Part shown: piece after piece, positions 35,974 to 45,375 of the stretch | How the letters are laid out: each line of letters opens with the position of its first letter | How positions within the stretch are numbered: position 1 is the first letter of the stretch | NCBI GenBank assembly: GCA_965231065.1 | Contig: OZ246410.1 | Coordinates: 193,473-257,472 of the forward strand | From: an uncultured Methanosarcinales archaeon | GTDB lineage: Archaea > Nanobdellota > Nanobdellia > Woesearchaeales > UBA10107 | DNA: 64,000 nucleotides | Direction of reading: 5' to 3' | The notes under the pieces: model-generated | What the model saw: only the letters and a program-made list of their open reading frames with translations | Told to the model about the DNA's origin: nothing | Database searches by the model: none | Position numbers and translations under genes: made by a program

Positions 35974-36933
35974 TTATTTTTGCCCTGCTAATGCGACACT
36001 TGCCAAGAACGCTTCCAGTTGCACGAATTCATCGCTTCCTTCTGAAATTCTAAATTCAGCTTCTCCGCATTTCTCGATGAGCATCATTTGCTTTCGTTGA
36101 TCTATGCTGATATCAATCAATTCTTTTTGGATCTGCTTTATGACGTCCAGTCCTGATAGACCATAACTGGTCATTACATTCAGCAATTCATTCCGTGCTT
36201 CGATAAATTTATTCGATAATGCCAGTTCCATGACCTTTTTTATTTCTTTTGGTCGTGCGACACTTGCCAATGAGTAGACGAGATCTTCGCCGATGTTTTT
36301 GTCGATCGCCGAACAGCTCTGCAGGATATTCTCCAACCGTCGTACATCTCCCTCGCAAATACCAACTAAGACATTTTTTGCGGCATCCGTGATAGTTATT
36401 TTTTCCTCTGCTTCGATACGTTTCATAATCTCGAGCAGATCTGCTTTTTCCAACGGCTTGAATCGAAAGATTGCGCATCGCGACTGGATCGGATCAATAA
36501 TTTTTGAAGAATAATTACATGACAGAATGAAGCGGCACGTCTGCGTATAATTTTCCATAGTTCTTCTCAATGCTTGTTGCGCTTCGCTCGTCAAGGCGTC
36601 ACACTCATCAAGGTAGATGATCTTGAACGGCACATCACCAATCGCCCGAGTTCGGGCGAAATCCTTGACTTTATTCCTGATGATGTCGATACCACGTTCA
36701 TCCGATGCATTCAATTCAAGAACATTGGCACGCCAGTTATCACCGAAGAGTTCATGCGCGATGCACAATGATAGGGTCGTCTTTCCAACACCTGCTGGAC
36801 CAGAAAACATCAAATGCGGCATATTTTTCTGATGCACGAATGCTTTTACCTTTGCGACTACTTCTTTCTGCCCTTTTACTTCAGAAAATGTCTTTGGACG
36901 GAACTTTTCAGTCCATATTGTATGCTCAATCAT
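35974..36933 (-). CDS. rfcS: Replication factor C small subunit (clamp loader)
   Basis: 319 aa; Walker A GPAGVGKTT, DEAD-like Walker B IIYLDECDALT, SRC motif ...QSRCAIFRF; no intein. Confidence 0.92.
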   Translation of the reverse strand: MIEHTIWTEKFRPKTFSEVKGQKEVVAKVKAFVHQKNMPHLMFSGPAGVGKTTLSLCIAHELFGDNWRANVLELNASDERGIDIIRNKVKDFARTRAIGDVPFKIIYLDECDALTSEAQQALRRTMENYTQTCRFILSCNYSSKIIDPIQSRCAIFRFKPLEKADLLEIMKRIEAEEKITITDAAKNVLVGICEGDVRRLENILQSCSAIDKNIGEDLVYSLASVARPKEIKKVMELALSNKFIEARNELLNVMTSYGLSGLDVIKQIQKELIDISIDQRKQMMLIEKCGEAEFRISEGSDEFVQLEAFLASVALAGQK

Positions 36934-36975
36934 GGTAGCATGAGAACGTGCGTCATATAAAAAAGTATTGAAACC

Positions 36976-37254
36976 TTATGCGACGTCTTCTTCAGAGATA
37001 ACTAAGAAGTCTCCAATAGCCTGGACTGCACTGAATGGGATCAATATATTTCCCTGACCGTCTTTTTCAAGTTCAAGCTTCGTGGAATAGGGAGTAGGAT
37101 TTGTTAAAACAAGGTGTATTAATTCCCCTGATTTTGTCTCAAAAGTGATATCGCCAACCATACCAAACTTCTTTCCGGTCTTAGAAACGATCATTTTACC
37201 TATAAGTTCTTTAGAAAGCCTCTTGTCGTCTTCAGCCATTTGTTTAAACACCAA
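36976..37254 (-). CDS. PRC-barrel domain protein
   Basis: 92 aa; LIGKMIVSKTGKKFGMVGDITFETKSGELIHLVL...ILIPFSAVQAIGDFLVI is a typical PRC-barrel. Confidence 0.55.
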   Translation of the reverse strand: MVFKQMAEDDKRLSKELIGKMIVSKTGKKFGMVGDITFETKSGELIHLVLTNPTPYSTKLELEKDGQGNILIPFSAVQAIGDFLVISEEDVA

Positions 37255-37347
37255 TTATTATGAAAAATCAAGCTAATCTTGTATTTAAAGCTTTTGTTTT
37301 ATAAGTCAGGGGAAGGTTTAAAAACGCCTCCCACTCATTCAAAATGC

Positions 37348-38364
37348 ATGGATCCGGAGCAGAGATTTAGCCTGATTACAAGAAATCTTCAGGAAGTCAT
37401 ATCTGAAAAGGAGCTCAAAGACCTACTCAAGACAAAAAAAGAGATCACGGTCTATTGGGGAACCATGCCGACCGGTAGTCCTCATGTCTCATATTTTGTC
37501 CCGTTTCTCAAACTCGGCGATTTTCTCAAGGCAGGATTGAAGGTAAAGATCCTGATCGCCGATCTCCATGCAGCACTCGATGGTGTTTCCTGGGATGTTT
37601 TAGAAAACAGGCAGAAATATTATGAGAAAATAATTCCTGAGATGATCAAGGCAATCGGCGTCGATACAAAAAAATTGGAATTTGTCCGCGGAAGCTCTTT
37701 CCAGATGAAACCTGATTATTTTGAAGACGTTCTGAAGCTCAGCATGAAAAATAATGTGCATGACTGTATCAAAGCAGCTTCAGAAGTCGTAAAATTAGAA
37801 GAGAATCCAAAGCTTGGAGGATTACTATATCCGATTATGCAATCACTTGATGAAGAATATCTCAAGGCGGACATCCAATTCGGTGGGCAGGATCAGCGTA
37901 AAATTCTTGTATTTGCGAGGGAAAATCTCCCCCGGATAGGATATAAGGCACGTGTTGAGCTCATGAATCCGATCGTGCCCGGACTGATCGGTAAAAAGAT
38001 GAGTTCTTCGATACCAGGAACAAAGATCGATGTCTTGGACGATGAAGAGACAGTGAAGACAAGAATTAATAACGCAGAATGTATTGCCGGAGATCCAAAT
38101 AATGGATTGATGGGGTTCCTCAAGTACGTCATTTTCGTCATGAAGGAAGACAATAAGAAGAAATTTACAGTCGAACGGCCCCAAAAATACGGTGGCAATA
38201 TGTCTTATTCAAATTATGATGCATTGGAGGCTGATTTCATCGCGAAAAAATTGCATCCGCTCGATCTCAAAAATGCAGTTGCAAAAGAAATCAATGATTT
38301 GCTTGCACCGATACGAAAACAGAACAAGGTATTGCAGTCATTATACGCAAAAGCATATCCATAA
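37348..38364 (+). CDS. tyrS: Tyrosyl-tRNA synthetase (archaeal type)
   Basis: Strong resemblance to archaeal TyrRS: ILIADLHAALDG, ENPKLGGLLYPIMQ, KMSSS, C-terminal ERPQKYGGNMSYSNYDALEADFIAKKLHPLDLKNAVAKEINDLLAPIRK; likely start at MDPEQRF. Confidence 0.85.
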   Translation: MDPEQRFSLITRNLQEVISEKELKDLLKTKKEITVYWGTMPTGSPHVSYFVPFLKLGDFLKAGLKVKILIADLHAALDGVSWDVLENRQKYYEKIIPEMIKAIGVDTKKLEFVRGSSFQMKPDYFEDVLKLSMKNNVHDCIKAASEVVKLEENPKLGGLLYPIMQSLDEEYLKADIQFGGQDQRKILVFARENLPRIGYKARVELMNPIVPGLIGKKMSSSIPGTKIDVLDDEETVKTRINNAECIAGDPNNGLMGFLKYVIFVMKEDNKKKFTVERPQKYGGNMSYSNYDALEADFIAKKLHPLDLKNAVAKEINDLLAPIRKQNKVLQSLYAKAYP

Positions 38365-38395
38365 ATTTATAAAAGGAAAATAACTCCCAATCACC

Positions 38396-39541
38396 ATGCC
38401 TAAGAAAACTGATGAAGAAGTCATCGAAAAGGTAATGTATGGCTATTCTGTCGAGACTTCCCAATTGGAAGAAGAGAACAAACTCCTGAAGCAGAGTCTT
38501 GACCATCTTAAATCAGAATTGAAGAAATTCCAGACACCGCCACTCATGGTCGCCGAGGTAAAGGAAGTCATCAATGAAAACTGCCTCATTAAGTTAAATA
38601 ATGGCAATGAGTTCTTTGTCACTACTTCTGCAAGTGCAGGAAGATTAGTCCCTGGTGATTTTGTATTAGTGGAGCAGAAAAATCTAACTATCGTAAAAAA
38701 AATCAATGCATCTCCAACATTCAATGTCGAGAAATTTGTCATCATGGAGAAGCCAAAGCTTTCGTGGGCTGATATCGGCGGTTTGGGAAAACAGTCTGCG
38801 GAGATACAGGAAGTCATTGAGCTCCCCCTGAAGAAACCGGAATTATTTAAGAAGATAGGTATTCAACCGCCGAAAGGAATACTGTTATACGGTCCGCCAG
38901 GCACTGGTAAGACACTGTTAGCGAAAGCAGTTGCCGCATCGACGAATTCAACATTCATTGAGGTTGTTGGTTCTGAATTGGTTCAGAAGTTCATTGGTGA
39001 AGGAGCCAAATTAATCAAGGAGATTTTCCAATTAGCACGCGCAAAGGCACCATCAGTGATATTTATCGATGAGATCGATGCGCTCGCTGCAAAGAGAATC
39101 GAGATGGGTACATCAGGAGAGCGAGAAGTTCAAAGGACATTCATGCAGTTCCTTGCAGAGATCGACGGGTTCAAGCCATTAGACAATGTTAAAATTATCG
39201 GCTGTACGAACAGAAAGGATATATTGGATCCTGCAATTACAAGACCAGGTCGATTAGATAGGTTGATACATGTACCGAACCCTGATTTAGATGGCGTCAA
39301 ACAAATATTCAAGATCCATTCATCCAAGATGAAGCTTGGCAAGGTAAATATCGATGCAATAACGAAAAAGATGGAAGGCATGTCGGGCGCAGAGATACAT
39401 GCAGTCTGTACTGAAGCTGGTTATTTCGCGATCAGAAAGAATAGATTCACTATTTCAAAGCAAGATTTCGACTCAGCCATCGAGAAAGTTCTCAGTTCTG
39501 AACAGACAGAAGGCAAAGATTTCATGGGAATGTTCGGGTAA
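38396..39541 (+). CDS. pan: Proteasome-activating nucleotidase (PAN, Rpt-like AAA ATPase)
   Basis: N-terminal coiled coil, OB segment, AAA module with Walker A GPPGTGKT, Walker B VIFIDEIDAL, second region of homology; 381 aa. Confidence 0.85.
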   Translation: MPKKTDEEVIEKVMYGYSVETSQLEEENKLLKQSLDHLKSELKKFQTPPLMVAEVKEVINENCLIKLNNGNEFFVTTSASAGRLVPGDFVLVEQKNLTIVKKINASPTFNVEKFVIMEKPKLSWADIGGLGKQSAEIQEVIELPLKKPELFKKIGIQPPKGILLYGPPGTGKTLLAKAVAASTNSTFIEVVGSELVQKFIGEGAKLIKEIFQLARAKAPSVIFIDEIDALAAKRIEMGTSGEREVQRTFMQFLAEIDGFKPLDNVKIIGCTNRKDILDPAITRPGRLDRLIHVPNPDLDGVKQIFKIHSSKMKLGKVNIDAITKKMEGMSGAEIHAVCTEAGYFAIRKNRFTISKQDFDSAIEKVLSSEQTEGKDFMGMFG

Positions 39542-39645
39542 AGTAATGTTGCCTGCTCGGCAGTTACTCAATCTCATCATGTATCAGAGGGTGTTCACTT
39601 CACTCATTGCAGGCATATTCTATAATAACGACAAACTTTTTAAAG

Positions 39646-40464
39646 CTATTGGATAAGAATGTCAATACAGATTCTGAATGTCCTCGGCGCGTAGTCCCCT
39701 GTCTTTATCACTCTGAGGATCTTGCAGTTCTTTTTCAGTTTCTTGCACATCGTTAATATATCTTTCTTGGCATTTCCAAATTCTTCTTCCTTGGCAAACG
39801 AGTAGAGGTGAATCACCGTTCCTTTCTTTGCAACGGTGTATACTTCTTTCAGGTGTTTGATTGCAGTCTTTGGCAACGGCATTACAATTCTGTCGAATTT
39901 TTCATCGAGGTTTGGAATTATTTTCTTAACATCCCCCTTTAACACAACGGCATTTCTGATCTTATTCAGTTTGATATTCTTCAATGCATATGTATGGGCA
40001 ATAGGATTTGCTTCGATTGCTGTAACTTTTCTTGCTTTCTTTGCTATCTGGATTGTATAGGGTCCGCAGCCGGCAAACATAACCAGTACTGATTCATATG
40101 GTTTCACCAGATTCACAATACGCTGGCGTTCTGTACCTGAACGGGGTGAGAAATAGACTTTCTCGACATCCACCAACAACCGTGTACCATTCTCTATATG
40201 CATCGTCTCTGTACGTTTTTCTCCTGCAAGCATGGTGAGTTTTGAAATGCGGTACTTTCCTGAGTATTTTCTTACTTTCTTGCACACTACTTTAATGTTC
40301 TTATGGAGTTTCATGACTGCTTCTGCAATCAATTTCTCTTTTTTCTTCAACTGAGAAGGCATTTCGATAAATATAGCGATATCTCCAACAATGTCGAATG
40401 AACTCGGAACTATGGCTAATTCTTTCTTGTTTAATTTCCCTTTCAAATATTCTTTTAATTTCAA
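39646..40464 (-). CDS. tRNA (guanine37-N1)-methyltransferase Trm5/Taw22 family (Met-10+ like)
   Basis: 272 aa; class I SAM-MTase motif VLVMFAGCGPYTIQIA and the Trm5-type NPIAH-like catalytic region (ANPIAHTYALKNIKLN). Confidence 0.65.
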   Translation of the reverse strand: MKLKEYLKGKLNKKELAIVPSSFDIVGDIAIFIEMPSQLKKKEKLIAEAVMKLHKNIKVVCKKVRKYSGKYRISKLTMLAGEKRTETMHIENGTRLLVDVEKVYFSPRSGTERQRIVNLVKPYESVLVMFAGCGPYTIQIAKKARKVTAIEANPIAHTYALKNIKLNKIRNAVVLKGDVKKIIPNLDEKFDRIVMPLPKTAIKHLKEVYTVAKKGTVIHLYSFAKEEEFGNAKKDILTMCKKLKKNCKILRVIKTGDYAPRTFRICIDILIQ

Positions 40465-41495
40465 AAGAAGTCCCCTAATCCTTTCTGTTTTCCTTTCTTA
40501 TCTTCTTCCTGGAGTTCATCGAGTGTTTTCTCGACACGTTCCCTGCTAAATTCATGTTTTTCTACCAGTAACCGAAGCACCGTATCCCTATCGACCGGTT
40601 TCCATTTTAGTTTGTAGTCTTTGGTGACGGGCATATGTTTAATCACATCGAATACTTCTTTCCACCCAAAAGCAAAGAATGTGTCCCATTCCACCTCTTC
40701 GAACAATGCATCGAAATCCTTGCCGTGTTTTTGTACAAGTTTGATTGCTTTGTGAGGTCCGATGCCCTTTATACCGCCGATATTGAAATCAGTACCTACT
40801 AATATTCCAATGACAATGAGTTGATCCTGTGTTAGCTCATTTTTCTCTAGTGTCTCTTTCAACTCTACGATGACCGGTCTAACCTTTTCATAGCTTAACT
40901 TATTCTTTGTCTTCTTCCTTTCTGAAATAGTCAGGTTCTGGACCATACGCGGCACTCCGAATAATAAACAGTCATAATCCTGACTCACTTCGGCATAGAA
41001 ATCTCCTTGCTTTACCATGAATGCGGCTTGTGCTTCTCCTTCAGACGGTGCCTGTATGACGGGAAACCCAAGTGCATCGAGGAGCTCTTTGCTTTCATCA
41101 ATCATTTCTCGAGTCAGCATCGATGTTCGTGCAGCATATTTCTTCATTGTGGCGACATCTTGCCGTTCTTTCGCTATCTCATACTCGACCTGTGCTTGTT
41201 TTTTAAGCTCGATACGTCGTTCAACTTCTTTTTTCTTCAATTCTGGTTTTTTACCATCAAACACAAAAGCTAATTCAATGCCCATCCTCCTCAATCGAGT
41301 CATTCGGCTGAACAAACCTATGAGATGTGACGTTGTTCTTCCCTTCGAATCTGTCAATAAGGAGCCGTCACGCTGTCTGATTGAGCTCAAGAACTGGAAT
41401 ATCACATTCATTGAGTCGACTACCAGTTTCTTTCCCTTGAGGTCTTCGAACTCTATCTCATGACGTACGGTGAGGTCTTTGATATCTGTACCCAT
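40461..41495 (-). CDS. fen: Flap endonuclease FEN-1
   Basis: 344 aa; XPG-N and XPG-I nuclease regions with the conserved acidic residues, helix-hairpin-helix GIGPHKAIKL, C-terminal PIP-like tail (QKGLGDFF). Confidence 0.9.
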   Translation of the reverse strand: MGTDIKDLTVRHEIEFEDLKGKKLVVDSMNVIFQFLSSIRQRDGSLLTDSKGRTTSHLIGLFSRMTRLRRMGIELAFVFDGKKPELKKKEVERRIELKKQAQVEYEIAKERQDVATMKKYAARTSMLTREMIDESKELLDALGFPVIQAPSEGEAQAAFMVKQGDFYAEVSQDYDCLLFGVPRMVQNLTISERKKTKNKLSYEKVRPVIVELKETLEKNELTQDQLIVIGILVGTDFNIGGIKGIGPHKAIKLVQKHGKDFDALFEEVEWDTFFAFGWKEVFDVIKHMPVTKDYKLKWKPVDRDTVLRLLVEKHEFSRERVEKTLDELQEEDKKGKQKGLGDFF

Positions 41496-41570
41496 AGAAA
41501 AAAGAAAAGAATAAGGCTTTATATGCCTTACTCAACCAAGACTTGCATCCTGGTTGGATTAGCTGCCTTT

Positions 41571-42158
41571 TTACTTGACTCGAACGTATACCGATTTCGT
41601 TGTTTCTGATAATTCCTGATCGAATTCAGTATCGATCACTTGGAAGAACGTCACATCAAAACGGTATGATCCAGGTACTGTCTTTACTCCTGGTTTCGTC
41701 TCATCTTTCGGTCTGAATTCAAGTGGTACGAACTGACCGCCTTTCTCGAGCAAGAACTTTGTTGTTTCAGCAGACCTGATCCATGTCATCATGGTGTTTT
41801 TATCCGATTCGATCTTGTTGCTACTCTTGTCTCGTCCTTCGATGAATGTTATCTTGGCAAAGTAGGTTCCTGGTTGCCTGTTGACTAGATTGAACATAGA
41901 ACCGAAGACAACATAATCTCCAACAGCGACTTCTTTATTATTTATAGGCAGGAAGAACGATTCTGTTATGTCATTCTTTGATTCTGTATCCGCTTTGACC
42001 TGAGCCTGTATATCATCTTCTGGCGTTGCCGCGTTATTTGTCACAGTACTCGGTTGTGCTTGTTTGATGCCTGTTGTCTGGATCGATGTAGTCTCTGTTC
42101 TTGCACAGGCGGCTAACATCAATAGAACAAGGCTCAATATTACTAGTGTTCGTTTCAT
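41571..42158 (-). CDS. Lipoprotein-like secreted protein, unknown
   Basis: Start at MKRTLVILSLVLLMLAAC (signal + lipobox-like Cys) with a Thr/Gln-rich linker and ~150-aa domain. Confidence 0.4.
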   Translation of the reverse strand: MKRTLVILSLVLLMLAACARTETTSIQTTGIKQAQPSTVTNNAATPEDDIQAQVKADTESKNDITESFFLPINNKEVAVGDYVVFGSMFNLVNRQPGTYFAKITFIEGRDKSSNKIESDKNTMMTWIRSAETTKFLLEKGGQFVPLEFRPKDETKPGVKTVPGSYRFDVTFFQVIDTEFDQELSETTKSVYVRVK

Positions 42159-42177
42159 GTGATATCCCTCCATATTA

Positions 42178-43161
42178 TTAAAGTTGTTTGATTGTGATGT
42201 TTTTAAATTCTTTGGTCAGAAGATCCTGTGCCTTTTTAGTGACCGTACCCGTAGTCATAAGCAGTATTGGCATCTTCTTCATCTGTGCCTGGACGAATAA
42301 CAGGCTCAGATCAGAGTCAGTGATCTTCTGCTTATTCTTTGCTTTGCAGAAATAGATGATGTTCCCCACGGCACTTGGAATCTGTATGATGCCTTCAAAA
42401 TCGCTATTCCGTCTGATCTGCTTTAAATCGACAATCTCTATCTTATTTTGATTGAAGTAATCAGTGACCTTTACCATGAACTCATCAGTTTGATCAATAT
42501 TGATTTGATTTACCTGTGGTATTGGCATCTGAAGTTCTTCTTTTGGTTTATGTACCCTTGCTGGTCTTTTAACAATGTGTTCCCGTGCGCGTTCTTCGAT
42601 CGGCCTGAGGGCTGCTTTCTTTTCTTCTAAGCGCTTAAGATCCTTTTCAATCTCAGAAAGATGCTTCTGAACCTCGTCTTCGACACTCGGTATCTGTTTC
42701 TTCTCAATAACATCAATACTTTTCTTGATGATTGGTTCTGCTTCTGCATCTGAAAGCAAATACCATTTCCAGAATATCTCATTCATCGTATTTGATGATA
42801 CCTGGAGCTGATGCGCGAAATCCTTGATGTCTCTCAATGCGACTCTAATGACTGGCTCCTGTTCTGTGTCGCGAAGCACTTTTGCCTGCTTGAGCATATC
42901 GAATGCTCTCTGCTGCTTATCGTTGAGTTTCTCTCTCAATGATTGAAGCTTCGCTTCTTGCCCCATGACATAATACACCGGACTGCCGCCGACCTTCGTG
43001 TTCGATATCTTCAAAACTTTTGTGTCAACTAATTCAGAAAGTAACGCACCGGCAAACATGACGTTGATGCCGAGTTCTTTTGTCAACTGTACCGGAAGCA
43101 ACGGACCGCGGGTCCGGACGATCTGCAACGCTTTCTCTTTGATGTCTAACACTAAATTCAT
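42178..43161 (-). CDS. Two winged-helix-like domains + coiled coil + C-terminal restriction-endonuclease-like (Mrr_cat-type) domain protein, unknown function
   Basis: 327 aa; N-terminal wH-like PLLPVQLTKELGINVMFAGALLSELVDTKVLKI; C-terminal DFEGIIQIPSAVGNIIYFCKAK resembles the Mrr_cat D-x-G-I-D...hhh-Q/C-K core. Confidence 0.4.
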   Translation of the reverse strand: MNLVLDIKEKALQIVRTRGPLLPVQLTKELGINVMFAGALLSELVDTKVLKISNTKVGGSPVYYVMGQEAKLQSLREKLNDKQQRAFDMLKQAKVLRDTEQEPVIRVALRDIKDFAHQLQVSSNTMNEIFWKWYLLSDAEAEPIIKKSIDVIEKKQIPSVEDEVQKHLSEIEKDLKRLEEKKAALRPIEERAREHIVKRPARVHKPKEELQMPIPQVNQINIDQTDEFMVKVTDYFNQNKIEIVDLKQIRRNSDFEGIIQIPSAVGNIIYFCKAKNKQKITDSDLSLLFVQAQMKKMPILLMTTGTVTKKAQDLLTKEFKNITIKQL

Positions 43162-43192
43162 ACAGTCCCCAACCTATGCTGTAATATAAAGA

Positions 43193-43717
43193 TTATGGTC
43201 GCTTCCAACTGATCTCGTAATAGGTCACGTCTTCTTCATCATCAACAATTCCTATGAGAAGTCTTTTTTTAGTCGAATGCGCGACTCTGTTCTTGGAAGC
43301 GAAATCATGCCAGGTCAGTATATCTGATTCATGTACCGGAAAAATAACCCACTTCGCATGATCTTCTCCCGGATTCACTCCTTTATCATACGCTCTGAAC
43401 TCTGCTCCAAACTTCAATGCGGTCTTGACAATATAGCCTCGGTCCCTCAGATCGCGATAGACGGCATATTTTGTCTCAAAGTCTTTGATATTTCTGCGTG
43501 CCTTTTTCAAATAGGTTTCGGTGCTTAGTTCTTTCTTTCCGAAACGGATGATGATGCGTTCTTTTTCAAGTAGATAGAGTGCTTCGAACAGAGAAAGTAC
43601 CACATTGGATCTCTTGATGGTTCCAAACCGTCCTTTATTGTACAGTTCCCGTGCTGCATCAGATGCTTCAGTGATGACGCCCCGCTCGAGAAACCGCGCT
43701 TCTATGGGTTTTTGCAT
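43193..43717 (-). CDS. endA: tRNA-splicing endonuclease catalytic subunit (EndA), short single-domain type
   Basis: 174 aa; catalytic region YLKKARRNIKDFETKYAVYRDLRDRGYIVKTALKFGAEFRAYDKG...HAKWVIFPV with the conserved Tyr/His/Lys triad. Confidence 0.85.
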   Translation of the reverse strand: MQKPIEARFLERGVITEASDAARELYNKGRFGTIKRSNVVLSLFEALYLLEKERIIIRFGKKELSTETYLKKARRNIKDFETKYAVYRDLRDRGYIVKTALKFGAEFRAYDKGVNPGEDHAKWVIFPVHESDILTWHDFASKNRVAHSTKKRLLIGIVDDEEDVTYYEISWKRP

Positions 43718-43810
43718 TATTTTGATTAATTTAGGAGCTTATTTAAACGTATTTAATTTCTATATAGAAAATAAATATGATTAAATACACACAACTTTCA
43801 TTTTATTTTT

Positions 43811-44710
43811 ATGGATGTTGTTATTTTAGGAACCTCTTCAATGGTTCCCACCAAAGAACGGAATCCAGTCAGTGTTTTCATTAGTTACAAGGGTGACGGC
43901 ATTCTTATCGATTGTGCTGAAGGCTCACAGAAGCAGATGAATATCGCAGGCATCTCCCGATCAAAGGTCAACAAGATCTTAATCAGTCACTGGCATGGCG
44001 ATCATATTGCCGGATTGATTGGTTTATTGCAGACAATCGGTAACAAGGAGCAGCGGCCTACCATCGAAGTGTATGGTCCTGTCGGCACAAAGAATTACTT
44101 TAAACACTTATTGCAGAGTTGTTACTTTGATGTCCGTATCGATCTTAAAATCAAGGAACTCAATCCGAAGAAAGTCGATAAGTTCTTTGAGAATGATGAC
44201 TATGAATTGTATGCAACCGCTTTGGAACACTCAGTCCCTTGTATTGGATATAGTTTTGTAGAAAAATCACGTAGAAATATCGATGTCTCGTATTTGAAGA
44301 AGCACAAGATCAAGGAAGGGCCTCATCTTGAGCAATTGAAGCAAGGCAAAGATATTGTCGTTGAAGGAAAGAAAATAAAAGCAAAGGATGCAACGTATTT
44401 AGTTCCTGGCAAGAAGGTATCGTATGTCATGGATACGATATATACAACAAATGCGGTGAAACTGGCGAAAGACGCTGATCTGCTTTTGTGCGAATCAACC
44501 TATCACAGTGGTCTTCAGGACAAGGCAGATGAGTACAAACACATGACAGCTACCCAAGCAGCGCAGATTGCTTCACAGGCAAACGTGAAACAACTCGTTA
44601 TAACTCATTTTTCTCAGAGATATAAAGAAGTTTCGGGTTTGCTCGAGGAAGCAAAGATGATTTTCCCGAATACACGTGATGCTTTTGATCTTATGAAGAT
44701 CACGTTGTAA
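43811..44710 (+). CDS. rnz: Ribonuclease Z (tRNA 3-prime endonuclease, metallo-beta-lactamase fold)
   Basis: 299 aa; HxHxDH motif ISHWHGDHIAG and downstream His/Asp ligands (TATALEHS, ITHFSQRY). Confidence 0.85.
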   Translation: MDVVILGTSSMVPTKERNPVSVFISYKGDGILIDCAEGSQKQMNIAGISRSKVNKILISHWHGDHIAGLIGLLQTIGNKEQRPTIEVYGPVGTKNYFKHLLQSCYFDVRIDLKIKELNPKKVDKFFENDDYELYATALEHSVPCIGYSFVEKSRRNIDVSYLKKHKIKEGPHLEQLKQGKDIVVEGKKIKAKDATYLVPGKKVSYVMDTIYTTNAVKLAKDADLLLCESTYHSGLQDKADEYKHMTATQAAQIASQANVKQLVITHFSQRYKEVSGLLEEAKMIFPNTRDAFDLMKITL

Positions 44711-44740
44711 TTCTTTTCACTACAGAATTTTCATTTCAGA

Positions 44741-44938
44741 ATGATGACTAAAGATTATATAGGTGCTTGTTTTTCAAAATCATTGATGGCGATTCTCAAC
44801 AAACAACAACAGCAGGCAAAACAGGTGTTTGATGAAAAAATCCGTGATTTGGCATTCAAGAAGAACATCACTTTCGCTGAAGCACGCAAAATGATCGAGT
44901 CGAATCAAAGCGATTTGGGTTCTTTCCGATTTAGATGA
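44741..44938 (+). CDS. Hypothetical small protein (65 aa)
   Basis: Short ORF between rnz and hjc; Gln-rich; weak support. Confidence 0.25.
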   Translation: MMTKDYIGACFSKSLMAILNKQQQQAKQVFDEKIRDLAFKKNITFAEARKMIESNQSDLGSFRFR

Positions 44939-44991
44939 CCACAAGACAACTACGGATAACACTTTTAAACTCAAACTTCTTCATATTTTAA

Positions 44992-45375
44992 ATGAACACC
45001 AAGGCAAAAGGCACGAACGCTGAACGTGAACTACTACATCTTCTGAATACAAACGGTTTTGCCTGCTTCAGAGCTGCCGGTTCTGGCTCTATGAAATATC
45101 CCTGTCCTGATCTTATCGCAGGCAACAACATACGAAAGCTTGCGATAGAGGTAAAGATCACTGGAACGGGATACCAGCATCTGACCAAGAAAGAAGTCGA
45201 AGAACTAAGCCAATTCGCTTCCTTATTCGGTGCAGAAGCATGGTTCGCGGTCAAATTCAAGGATTGGTTTTTCCTGACACCCGAGGATATTAATAAGACA
45301 GAACAGAATTACTCTGTCACGGAAGAAATAGCACAGCGAAAAGGACTTTCATTCGAAGAATTAATACACTTTTAA
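44992..45375 (+). CDS. hjc: Holliday junction resolvase Hjc
   Basis: 127 aa; KGTNAERELLHLLNTNGFACFRAAGSGS...PDLIAGNNIRKLAIEVK matches the archaeal Hjc PD-(D/E)xK core. Confidence 0.8.
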   Translation: MNTKAKGTNAERELLHLLNTNGFACFRAAGSGSMKYPCPDLIAGNNIRKLAIEVKITGTGYQHLTKKEVEELSQFASLFGAEAWFAVKFKDWFFLTPEDINKTEQNYSVTEEIAQRKGLSFEELIHF

